Source of the DNA: Salpingoeca rosetta
Taxonomy: Eukaryota; Protista; Choanoflagellata
NCBI GenBank assembly: GCA_033442325.1
Contig: JAWQFM010000015.1
Span: 126,843-190,842, forward strand
DNA length: 64,000 nt
Reading direction: 5' to 3'
Below are positions 50,070 through 62,800 of this stretch, piece by piece. The notes beneath the pieces were generated by a model that had not been told where the DNA came from, did no database searches, and saw nothing but the letters and a program-made list of their open reading frames with translations. The position numbers were made by a program, and so were the translations under genes. Within the stretch, counting starts at the first letter, position 1, and every line of letters begins with the position of its first letter.

Positions 50070-52863
50070 TCATTCTTCGTACAAGGCACTTGTTTCCCGC
50101 TCTTGTGTGCCCATCTGACGTGTAAACTCCTGCAGCAACAAAGAAACAGAGGCGATGAGCAATTGGCTTCAAACAGCTGAAACAGGCGAAACAGCAACTA
50201 CTAAGCGAGCAACAGCAACTACTAAGCGAGCAACAGCAACACTTAAGCAGGCAACGGCAACAGCTGAGCGAGCAACGGCAACAGCTGAGCAAGTTACAAC
50301 AACAGGTACCGTCACACGCGAGCCAAGCCATGTGTGTTGCTGGCTCACCTTCACTGTCATCGCCATCTCCTCCAGGTCAGACCACCGGATGTTCTGCATG
50401 CGCTTCATGAACGAAATTGTGCGCGATTGCTCTGCGAAACGTGGCACGCAGAAACAGCATCAACAGCAAAACGCAAGTAGGTGACATGACATGGTGAGCA
50501 CAAGCAATTCAATAGTGCAGACAGCCATATGGAGGGGGCGCAAGGCATTAGAGAACGAGCGGGCAGTTCCACGCCGTGTCACATCGCACCTCTGACTCGG
50601 CTGCTGAGAATGTCTCGTTCGTGCAACGCCGTCTCAAATTCTCTTGCGTTGGACTCCTGTGTGTGACACGTGCAGGAGAGCAGAGATGAGCAAGGGCAGG
50701 TGCAAATCCCGCATGTTGTTGTCAGCGCACACGCAGCAACGTGCAGCACAGCAGATGCGACGAACAGAGAACAAGTTTCTGCCTCTTTCATGCAAGAAGG
50801 TGTTGCACGCAACACCACGTCACCGTGACGCATTTCCCTTTCCCCAAGACCGTCTCTACTCCACGCACCATTGCGAGTTGAAGCTCTCGGAGGTGGTCCG
50901 TCAGCAGCACCTTCTCCTGTTTGAGCTGAATGTTCTCCTGCCGCTCTCGCTACAATGGGCGAGCAGTGTTCAAAAATGAATGTGACAAGATGTGAGTTAT
51001 AGGCTTGGGAAAGCGCACACGACACCAGCGCAAACACAAGAGCAAAGATACGCGAACAAACAAACAAATACACAGGAGCAAGCACACAGATAAACACAGA
51101 CACAGGCACACACACACACAAATACAAATACAGACAGAGACACACACACACAAATACAAATACAGACACAGACGCACACAGACACATACACACACAAACA
51201 CAGATACACAGACAGACAGATACCGTCGTACCTCAAGGGCGCCACGAAGGTGGGCGAGTCCCTCGCGAAGTTCGTAGTTGTCCTGGTCGAGGGTGGCAGA
51301 CTCAACCTGTTTGTTCTTGAGAATCATCTCCATGCGCCGGCACTCGTCCTGCAGGCTGCTCATGTCTGCCTCGAGCGACTGCGACTTGGTCCGTGCCTGT
51401 CGACCTTGCAGCTGGATCTGCCGCAGCTCTTCACCGAGTGCGCGGCCGTGCTCACGCTCTTGCAGAAGTTGGCGCTGCTTGGTGTTACAGTCGGCCTCCA
51501 GCTCTGTTATTCTGTTTGCCAGCTGCGCATTCTCGTGCACAAGTGCGTCCACGTCATCACGCAGGCGGCGTTCCAGTGCCCTGCTCTCCTGCAGGCTCAG
51601 CTCCGTCTGCTTCAACTTGGCGCGAAGCGTGCGCATCTCTTGCTTGTGGGCAGACCCTCTGCCACCCTCGTTGCTGTTGTTGCTGTTGCTGCTGCTGCCG
51701 CCATCACCATCACCATCGCTCTCGCCATCACCATTGTTGCCGCTGCCGGGTTTTCCCTCGTCGTCCGTGCTTGCGTCGGCACCGCCTCGCAGCTGTGCCT
51801 GCAGGTCTTCGATGTTGCCCTTGAGCTCGACAATCTCAATCTCGCGCTCCTCGCCAACGGCCTTGGCCTGCTCGTACATGCGCTGCGCATCGCGCACGCG
51901 CGTTTCAAGCTGTCGCAGGCGGCGGTCGCGCTCGGCGAGCTCTGTGATCTTGGTGTGGATGTCGTCCTTTTGCCGCTGCAGGTGGGCGTCCTTGTCGCTG
52001 CAGGCCTCCTCCAGCACCTCCACGTCCTTGTGCAGCTGCTGCACTTTGCTGATGAGCGAGCGCTTCTCGTCCTCGCGCTGTGTGAGTGCGGCGCGCAGGG
52101 TCTGTTCGCCGCGCTCCTTTGATCGGAACAGCGCCTCGTACTTCTCCTCTGCTTCCTTTAGCAGCTGCTGTTGCTGCTGCCACTTGTGCCGGAAGCGTTG
52201 CCGGGTCTGTTGGAGCTTTTCTTCCAGGTCCTTTCGCGCCTCTGCCGCAATCTCCTGGTTCGACTTGCCAAGCTCGTCCCGCAGGTAGCCGACTTCGTGC
52301 TCCAGGTAGTGCACCTGCACGCGCAGGTTCTCGATGTACTCGCGCTCGAGCTGGCCGTTTGGCATCATGCCGGATGCGTTGGCGCAGCTGTGTCCTTTCG
52401 TGCAGATGTGGTGGCGATGGTGCTGGGGCTGTTGCTGCCCTTGTTGCGTACCGTCTGTGTGGAAGACGACGCGAGCTTGCTCGGGAACGACCAGATGCGT
52501 CTGCACTTCTGGAAGTGGGCTGTGCTGGCCCACCCACGAAACGCGAGCCCCACTGTCGCTGCTGCAGTTGCTGGACGCCTCCAGGTGGTGCGATGGTGTG
52601 GGTTGTTGCCGTTGCTGCTGCTGCTGCTGAATTTGGAGCCTGTGCTTGTACTTGTGCTGCTTCTTGGCCTTTGTGCTCATCGTTGTGCTTGCTGTCGGTT
52701 GTGCCGGTGTCGGCGAAGGAGAATGCCGTTGGCAGACGTGGTGGTGGTGGTGGTGGGGGCACGACGGAGGCAGTTGCTGTTGGTGCTCCTGATGATGGTG
52801 CTCCTGATGATGGTGCTCCTGATGGTCTTCTGGGCCGAAGCGGCCAGCCATTGCAAACGACAT
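50070..52863 (-). CDS. Long coiled-coil protein, possibly centrosomal or ciliary
   Basis: Large exon 52863-51232 with EREYIENLRVQVHYLEHEVGYLR and about 350 aa of heptads. Small exons follow, ending SFMKRMQNIRWSDLEEMAMTVK|EFTRQMGTQERETSALYEE*. Confidence 0.75.
50190..50294. repeat. 21-bp degenerate minisatellite x5 (aacrgcaac..ct.agc.agc), intronic
   Basis: Units start at 50190, 50211, 50232, 50253 and 50274. Confidence 0.9.
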
Positions 52864-53025
52864 TGCTTGAGAGAGAGAGAGTGTGTGTGTATATATGTGT
52901 GTGTGTGTGTGTGATGTGGGATGTGGGATGGTGGATGTGTGTGTGTTCGGGAGAGAGCGTGTGTGGATGCGAGTGAGAGTGTGGTGTGTGTGTGAGTGTG
53001 TTTGCACTGGTGTGAGGAAGGAAAA

Positions 53026-53084
53026 TTCAAAATTTCCCGCCAGCCGAATTTTTTTTCTTGCTGCATGTTTTGGTTTTTTGGCGC
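53026..53084 (-). promoter_or_regulatory. Composite E2F/CDE-CHR element plus a second E2F site in a bidirectional promoter
   Basis: Minus strand 53041-53026 reads GGCGGG AAAT TTTGAA (contains TTTCCCGC on +). TTTGGCGC at 53077-53084. Confidence 0.55.
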
Positions 53085-53207
53085 CGCTTACGACAGGCGA
53101 CACCCAGAAAGACACAACTCAGATCGACTGACACCTTCCTCCAACACAACAACCCAGCACACCAGCCAGCCAAGCCAGCCCAGCACACCAGCCACGGGCA
53201 CATCATC

Positions 53208-54622
53208 ATGGCTGACGATGGGACGAGCATGCGGAGCTGGGGCAGCAGCGGTGGCACCAGCGGCAGTGGAGACAGCCGCGGTGCGGCGAACGATTCCCCA
53301 CGAAGCACAGAAAGGGTGCGTGAGGCCCAGTCCAACAGCCAGCCCCGCGTTCGCGCTGCTGCTGGAGGTGGAGGTGGAGGAGAAGGCTTGTTCTGGTTCT
53401 TGCGTGACGTGGACGGGCTGGAGCTGGAGCAACGGTTGCAGCACAGGGTGCGAAGCGTGAGCGGATACGAAGACGCCGATCTGCCTCTGGACGAACACAG
53501 TGAGCTCACCCTGCAGCGCACAGCAGCGGATGGCGGCAAAGCCGGTGGCGGCGATGGCGAGGTGGGCAAGCGCACTGACCAAAACAGCGGTGCTGAAAGG
53601 AACGGTGAAGCCACAGGTGAACAAGCCGAGGCGACGGTGGCGCCTACATCACCCACGCGCACACCCCGCGGCGCGGTGATGCACTCGACCCCAACACGCA
53701 AGGCACAAAAGGAAAAACGCCGACAGGAGGAGCAGGAGCAGCACAAGCAGAAGCACAAGCGCGGTACAATAGAGCAAGAAGCAAGGCAGGGCAGCAGCCC
53801 AACGCGTCGTGCTCTCGACCAGCGCCGCAGCAGAACTACAAGCAACCAAAGCGGCGCTGAAACCAAGAGTGGAAAGACTGGCGAGCCCGGCAGCCGCCTC
53901 ATTCAGCTGCTCATCAACCACATCATTCTTGGGCAGTGGCAGTCTGTGCATGTGCTCTTGGACAAGCTCGTGTCCTCCCGTCCAAACACTGCCCGCTCCC
54001 TTCTCATGGCCATCATGCGCGATCCCGACGCCATCTTCAGGTGTGTTGTGTCGTGTTGTGCTGTGTGTTGTGTATGACATGTTGTGCAACTCTTTGGCGC
54101 ATGTGTCCTTACCTCGCAGCTCTCCCCCTTCGCTTGCCGCTTATGCTCACGGCCTCATGCACATTCTCCCCCAACATCACTTTCCAGCAACACGAGCACG
54201 TCTCTGCGCTCCGCAGAGCATCTTGCGTGGCTGTGCATGAAGGAATGCCAACACCACTTTCCGGTGTGTGCGGCAGTGACACCTTGCCTTGTCTCAGTCT
54301 GCCCATGCAATCAAAACGTGGCCCTGTGTCTCATCGCTGCTGTTGCCGACGTGTTCTTGTGGCTCATCGCTGTGTGCCTTGTATATGCGTGTAAATGCGT
54401 GTATGTATATGTGCATGTGTATGTATATGTGCATGTGCATGTGTATGTGCATGTTGGCAACTGTAGGGGTCCATATCCGAGGAGCTTCAGCGCCACATGG
54501 AGGCGAGCCTGGTGCTGCGCTTTGCTGTCGACCACTTTTCCCATCGCCGCCAGCTTCAGGACGGCACAATTGACATTGCACAGGTGTGCGCGCGCGCGTG
54601 TGTGTGTGTTTGTGTGTATGTG

Positions 54623-54654
<32 letters not shown>

Positions 54655-54668
54655 TGTGTGTGTGCGTG

Positions 54669-54703
<35 letters not shown>

Positions 54704-55148
54704 ATTTTTGTGTTCAATCAATGCAGTCGTGTCTTCCCCACGCCTCACCTTTGACACGCCTCATGCCTCACCACCACCGCGACCATCACAGGAGCTGTTG
54801 GACTACCACTACCGCGTCATCACAGCGAAGGAAGGGCCAACCACCGTCTCGGACCGGGCTGTGGACCTTGTTGATGCCCTGCTTCGGAGCGAGCCCGTGC
54901 TCGGTGCCGCTGTCATCCACACCCTCGCCAGCACAGACATGCACGACATTGCACGCTTGCACGGTGACTCTACTCTTCGCTCCCGCCTCCTGCGTTGTCA
55001 GGTGCGTTGAACTGCGGCTTGCATGGCCTAGTTTACTGCATTTCTTACAAGCGCCTTTTTCATGTGTGCCCTTTCAATCTCCGTCGCACACACACATACA
55101 CACACCCACACCCACACACCCACACACCCACACCCACACCCACACCCA

Positions 55149-55223
<75 letters not shown>

Positions 55224-56565
55224 ACACACACACATGTACACACACGCACACACAAACACACACTCACTACATACTTTGTCATACCTACACCTCTATGACT
55301 CTGCCCACATACAGATCCACAAATGTATACAGAAATATATATTTTTTGTCTCACACGAACTGGCACGAGACATGCATAAACACTGGGGAGAACAACTGAA
55401 AAACGAGATACTATGTGTCTCTCGAACTATAACTGGAGGATACTCCGACAATATCTAAAGTGTGACCTGGTGGGGAGGGGNNNNNNNNNNNNNNNNNNNN
55501 NNNNNNNNNNNNNNNNNNNNNNNNNNNNNNNNNNNNNNNNNNNNNNNNNNNNNNNNNNNNNNNNNNNNNNNNNNNNNNNNTGTCTGCGCTGAGTGCTGGG
55601 GAGACGAGCACAGCAGTGCAAGCACTTGACGCTGCTGGACATGCAGCCAAACGAACTCGACGAGAGCGAACTGGAGCCGCTGGTGGACGCCATCGACACC
55701 GCGTTTGTGGATGCGCTCGGCATGCCACGTGACGATGCGTACTCGCAGCTGGTCGATGCGCTGCTCTCACACCACCACCCCTCGCTCTATCGCCACGTCT
55801 GGGAGCGGCAGAAGGCGAGGAATTGCGCTGCACTCGCGGAGCCGCAGGCAGTGGTTGACGCCGTCGTGCATGCAAGCAACGATCCGTCCCATTTCTGGCA
55901 GGCGCTGTACCTGCACAGCCTCACATCGGGCCAGCTCGTCACAGAGACACTTGCGGAGGCGGCTGCACACTGCGTGCACACGCGCAACTTTGACGGCCTT
56001 GCTGCGCTGGCGGCGTTACCGGCGACCGCCCCAATCATGTCGCGTGTGCTGCTGTGGATATGGCCGCTCTGCGCACACGATGCAACGCTCGCCTCTCGTG
56101 TTCGCGCCATCCTTCTCTCGAGCGAAGAAGCGCGTACTCGTGGCGATGCTGGTCGTGGTAAAGGTGGCGGTGATGTTGGTGATGATGATGATGGTGGGGA
56201 TGGTGGTACAGGAGCGCATCAGGACACAAGTGACGGTGGTGACAAACGCATGGATGTTCCCGAGCATCATGATCACAGCGACGCCACAGCGACATCCGCC
56301 CCCGATGCTGTTGCTTCGTTGAACGACCCAACCTCGTTGGATTACTTTGACCACATGTCAGCATACCAAGTGAGTGCTGCAAAAACGTGACGTGTATGTT
56401 GATGTGCGGCCGGCTTGAGGACGTGTTGGCGATTTGGTTGCCACTGGTTGCTGTTTCTCGCGTCGTTTTTCTCCCCTGTTTGTTGCAGCTCCTTCTTGTT
56501 CGTCTTCTCCATCTGTGTCTGCTCAACCATTTGTGCGTTTGCTTTCTCCGACTCCTCACACACAC

Positions 56566-56664
<99 letters not shown>

Positions 56665-56737
56665 CTCTCTCCCCCCTCACTCTCACCCCCTCACGCAAAA
56701 ACACACACACACACACATATGCGCACACACACATATG

Positions 56738-56815
<78 letters not shown>

Positions 56816-59800
56816 ACCCCATCTGCAACAGGTTGCCTTTGCTGATTTGCTGGAGCGACACGGTATTCCTGATCCACACAACCAGCCGTCATCACCAGAC
56901 ACGCAGCCGCTCTTCACAAACGTCAGCGAGCACCTTAACCATGCATCGAATCGCCTCAATCTCCGCAATCCGTCCACCACGGCAGCTCTGCAGTCGCTGC
57001 TTGTGCGCCAGCCCGTGAGCACATCTACGGACCACGCCGTGCACGTGCGCGACATGAACATCCTCAACTGCGTGCTGGCCATCAAAGCCGCGAGGGACGG
57101 CGTTGTTGCGCTCGGTGAAACAGCGGCAGGAGCAGAAGAAGCAGCAGCGACACGAAGTTCTGCACCACGTCACGGTGCTGACGACGGTGATGGTAACGGC
57201 AGTCACGGCGTTGATGATGATGGCGAGCAACAGCAGGGGATTGCAGCAAGCGTTGGTGATGGTGGTGGTGTAGACGAGGAACTGACCCGCCCCTCTGCCA
57301 CATCTGCTGCCACTGCGGCCAAGGACGCGTTTCTGCGACACCTGGACCGCATCTCGTACCGCCCGCTCGCTGTTGCGTCGCTCGAAGCCGCGTTCTCGCT
57401 CGTCTTTGCAACGGCCGACGATTTCACACAGGACGACTGCCCAGCATGGCTGAAAAGCGCAGTCGAGAAAAAACAACAGCAACAGCAACAACAACAGCAA
57501 CAACAGCAGCAGCAGCAGCATGTACGCGCATCTCGCGGTCACGGTGCTGTTGACGGAGGCAATGGTGGTGATGATGGTGATGGTGGTGATGTTGGTGGTG
57601 AGCACGTGGCAACAACGGCGCCTGCATCATCTGACCAACAAGGAGTCCACCAAGGCGAAGAGCAACCCCACCAGTCACAACAGTCGCATCAGTCACATCA
57701 GTCCCAGCAGTCACATCAGTCGCAGCAGTCACAGCAGTCCCATCAGTCGCAGCAGCAACAGCAAGGGGACAGCGTGTCGTCATCGCCGCCTTCGCCCGTG
57801 TTTGTGTGCAGCGCCGGTGCTGTTGAGTTTCTGTGCGAGATTGTCAAGGCGGGACTGGACTGCCTGCAACGACGCGACGAGGAAGAAGAGCAAGCGAACG
57901 ATGCAAAACACCCAGGCGAAGCAACAGCATTCAGCCCTCAAGCAGAGGAGACAGCAGCCGCAACAACAGCAGCAGCAGAAACAACAACGACAACAGCGGA
58001 GGATGGTACAACGCAAGCAGAAGCGACAGGTGCTGCTGCAGTTGATGGGGAGGACAGTACCGCGCCCACCACGGGTTTGCAAGAGCAGCAGCGTGCTCAT
58101 GGGTGGAAGCTGTGTCCTGGCGATGACACGGCAAGTGCATTGGCGGCCGAGATGCTGGCTGGCGTGTGCGCACTGCCTGCCGCTGCTTACCACGCACGCA
58201 AGGCGGCACTGAAGCGACGTCTGGAGGAAACAACATGGCGCGTCTCCCTGCTGACACGCACGCGCGGGCTGAGCGCCACCAACGCGCTGTTGAACGCGGC
58301 CGACGGCGGTGCTGGAGTGGATCTGACGCTGCGGTTCCTGCTGGCTGCGCCCTCCTCGTTGCTCGTCACCTGTCTCAAGGCAGGCGAGTTCTCCCAGGCA
58401 GAGGCCGTGATCCAGCTGTACTCGCTCACGGGCCAGCTGGCTTCGGATGCCGTGTTTGCGCAGGAGTTGGCAGATGTTGCCGCTGCGCTGGCACTGCACC
58501 GCGGTGTTGAACGGCGACTGGACTCGCTGCTCGCCAAACTGCCGCCGGCACTCGGCGTGCGCACGCTGGTTGACCTTGTGCTCACGTCCGCCACGCGCGC
58601 GGAGGAGTGCAGGATGCTGCTGGCAAGGGCGCGCCAACTCCTGGCGGCGGCAGCGGACGGGCAGAACGATGACGGCGCCAGCAGCGATGCACCAGCAGCT
58701 GCCGTCAATGGAGAGGGGGGCGACGAAGACACCAGTGGTGCTGATGGTGCTGATGCTGTGGACGGGGGCGATGCTGCGCATGTGACTGCAACCACAGACG
58801 CTGCAACCACAGATACAGACACCACAATCACCACAGACACCACCACCACCACAGCCACCCCAGACACAACCACCACCACCACCACTACGGCCAGCTCCAG
58901 CGATAGCAGTGGAAATGGTGGCAACAGTTTGGCCGTGTTTCAGGAGTTGCTGGACCGGTTGGAGAAGATGGTGTCGGCACACAGCGCTGCGGCACAAGCA
59001 GTCATCTGCCAGGAGACCAACCCATTCAGCACGGATGAAACCCTCGCTCGCAAGATGCGATATCAGCACTTGCGCGATGCGCTTGCTGTCATGCAGCGGG
59101 CACTGCGAGCAGAGGCGAATGCAGCAGCAGCAGCAGCAGCAGCAGCGCCAGAGCAGCAAGCGTGGACTAGTGCACACGCATCACAACAGCAACAGCAACA
59201 ACAGCAGCAACAGCAGCAGCAACAGCGGCGGCAACAAGAGCAGCAGGAAGAGGCTGAGGCCGAGGTGGCAGCAGCGGTGACAGATGTGCAGCACGCCCTG
59301 CAGGACTGCTGTGCGCTGCCCAACAGCGTGCCGTACTTGTCCACGCTCTTGCAGCAGTTTCAAGCGCTGTCACAGGCCGTGCGCACCGCCTTCCCCGCCC
59401 ACGCGCCCACGTTTGGCGTGTCACAAGTGCTGACTCAGCATCCAACCCGCCTCATCTGCGCATGCGTGCTGCACCCCGACACGCGGCTCTCTGTGCAAGA
59501 GGCGCATCACCTGTGCAACACGCTCCGGCTTGACTTGCCTTACCTCCTCATTCGTGAGCTCACGTCCCAGCTGCCCATTGGCGCGCCTTCCTCACACCAA
59601 GCAATAGCTGGTAGCTCCAAGACAGCCAGTGGCGCCTCAAGCGCATCGTCCCGCAACGCAACTGCGTCAGCAGCCGTGCCCACGGTGTCTGCTCACACGG
59701 TTGCCTGCAAGCAATTTGGCCTGTCCACGTGCCGTGCCCTCGTCCGTGCAGGCTCAAGTCCGCTCAACACCATCACCAGCAGCAGCAGCAGCAGCAGCAG

Positions 59801-62800
59801 CACTGCTCGTGGTGGCGAGCAGCACGGTGACAGTGGCGGTGACAGTGGCGATGACAGCGTGGGCAGAAGTGACGATGATGACAATGGCGATGAATCAAGC
59901 GTGGCTGCGTCGCTGCCGCTGGGCCGTCACGTGTCTGATGACACTGACGACCCGCGTAACGCGTGCATCCTCTCGCATGACCTCTTGCGCACGCTGCTGC
60001 TGCTGGTGGAGCGGTGCAGTCGCGATTTCAACGGCTGTGACGACGGCGACGACACCACCAACAATCCGTTTGCAAGCAGCTTTGCCTCATACACTGGCGG
60101 TCTCCTGTCGACACCAAGTGGCATGGATGGCAGTGGTGGCAGCGGTGGCAGCGTTGGTGCCCGTGGTGCTGGCTCGGTGTTTCCGCCATCGCCGACCGAG
60201 GAGGCCGTGTACCGTGCCCGCAGCACGACGTGGGCGCGCGCCGCTGCTGAGGACCCGATACCACCGGCAGCCGTGTTCTCCACAGCGTTTCGCCAATACG
60301 TGTGCGCATGTGCAGAGTACAGGCAGTGGCGGGTGGATGTGCGTGCGCTTGCGCGCGTGGACTTCTCGCCCCTCTCAGCGGCGGAGCAGCGGTGTGCGTT
60401 TATCAACCTGATCAACATGCTGCAGCTGCACGCGTGCGTTGAGGTGCAGCCCCCGCACGGCCTTGTGGACAGGCTGGAGTGGGCCAACACCATTGGCTAC
60501 AAGCTTGGCTCCCTCGGCACCGTGTCCCTGGCAGACCTGGAGAACGTGTTCTTCCACTCGAACCAGCCGCGTCCACGGCTGCTCGGGCTGCTGCAAGACA
60601 TGCATCCTGTCCACATCCCAGCCAACCATCCGCTCGCCGAACACGTGCTGCGGCCAGTCAGCCCCGAGCTCCACTACCTGCTGTGGCGTGCACAGCTGTC
60701 GTCGCCGTCCCCGGTTGCAGTGCTGCCCAAGTCCCTGCAGACGGCGGTGGGCAACATGCGTACGCAATTCCACCTGCGCAGCCTGCACCCTGCCCCCGCT
60801 GCGGCCGCACTCACCCTCTCGCCCTACTTTGGCCTCTACTCCCGTGATCTCGGCCTCAACCTGGACATGCCTCTCTCGGCCTGGCGCGCGGGAACACTGC
60901 ACCACCTCCCCACCGCAGGCGCCACGGATACCACCATCGATGCCGGTGATGGCGGTGGGAGTGGCCGAAGCAGTGCACGTCGAGACGTGTCTGACACGTC
61001 ACATACGTCGCACGCTGCCACTGCTGCGAATGGTGGGGCAACTACCGACGAGGAGGAAAGGGCAAACACAAAGGCAGGGCGGGAGCTGGCGCAGTTGGTT
61101 GAGTACTGCACGGAGCCGCTGCCAAAGAACCTGAGGGACGCGCGCAGCGTTCGCGAGGCCACGTCTCTGCGCATCACCCGCTACCACTTTGAGCCTGCGT
61201 GTGTATTCCACTTTGGAGCCATCAACGTGCAGCACGGCGCCAACGACGCCGCGATTGTGCCCGAGCTGAAGGCGCTCCTGGGCGAGGGATCAGCACACAC
61301 GGCTACAACGACGACCGCCACCCATGCTGCTGCGGTTGATGCGGAGCAGCGGCTGGTGAACCAGCACCTGCGCGCTGGACAGGGCCTGCCTGACGACGTG
61401 CTGGAATACCTGCAGCAGTCGGAGACAACCATGTTTGATGTTGCTGTTGTCTTTTCCGAGTTTGTGGGCCTGCTTGCCTCCAACCGTGGCACTGCCCCAC
61501 AGCAGACAGTCACACAGCAGGAGGGCGGCAGGCGGCGCAACCGACCAGGCAGCACCAGCAGCTTCATGTCGTCGCAGCACCAGCAGGGCAACCAGGCGCC
61601 ACACACCCCAACAAAGCACACCTCGGATGATGCCTCTGCTGTTCTCGAGTCCACGCCATCCAGCCCGTTCCTCGCCGTGCCTGCACGCACGCCGTCCCGC
61701 GCAGCAGGTGCAGCAAGTACGTTGCTCTCGTCCGTGTCGCCCGTTGGGTCACCTCACACAACACGCCGCAGCGGCAGCACCATCGGTGGTGTTGCGTCTG
61801 CTGTTCGAGGCGGTCGCACGAGCTCCATCTCGTCGTTTGTGTCGACAACAACAACAGCGACAGAGGCGGTGTCTCTGCTCTCCGCCGACGCCCGCCCGCG
61901 CGGCCTGTTTGTTGAGTTTGAGCGGTACTGCGCGCTGTGCAGGACCGGGCCCGTGCTGGCGCTGGTGAAGCAGCGGCTGCGGCCGTTCCACCGCCTGTCG
62001 TCGCTTGCACAGCGCATCGCCGAGGACGTGTGCTTCTCGCTCGATGGCGCGCCACCCCCAGCAGGCGCCAGTGATGGTGATGCACAGGGGGGCGCTGTGG
62101 CCGGTGGCGAGGAAGCCGCCGTTGAAAGGGCCACTACCACCACCGCCACCATTCGAGACGGTGAACGGAACAGCAACAACGGCTCACGTGGTGGTGGTGG
62201 TGGTGATGCACATGATGGTGCAAGCAGCGACACTCCCTCCCAACAGCAAGAACAGTCCCAGGCAGCGGTAGCAGCAACACTGGTGGAGCCTCGCCCACGC
62301 CTGCTGCAGGCGTTTCTGCTGGACACGGAGGCCAACCCCGCACGATCCTATGCTGTGCATCGACTTGTGGAGCGGTGGGTTGAGGCCGGTCTGTACATGG
62401 ACGCGTACATCTTCTACTCGGCGACAGAGGGCACCACTGCGCCCATCACGCACGACCGCCTGCTGGAGGCGTACATTCGCTTTGACAAGCAGGCGCAGTA
62501 CCAGCTGCCCGACTATGTGCGCCGGTTCCAGAACAAGGTGCTGGGTGCCCAGGTGCTGCTGGAGCACTTGCACGTGCTGTCGATGAAGGATACGCTTGAC
62601 CTGCTCCACCTCTTCCATGAGCACCTGTCTGAACTGGCCAGCAGCGTGGAGCGCGTTGATGCCGCCATTGTGTCGTGCACACATGCACTGCACGTGCAGC
62701 AGCTGCGGGCAACGGCAGCTACCATCAGTCGCCGCCTTGACCAGATGCGCTCCTTGCAGAAGATTATGGTGGCGTGCGAGGATCTCTTGCCCTCGTGGCA

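Noticed and set aside
50190-50294. Regularly spaced 21-bp units suggesting a CRISPR array or a TATxER repeat protein
   Set aside because: Head-to-tail degenerate units with no unique spacers and no cas genes; lies within an intron of the coiled-coil gene.
55260-55480. Compositionally odd AT-rich stretch that looked like foreign DNA
   Set aside because: Follows a long (CA)n and abuts an N gap, so it is most likely low-quality read-end sequence.
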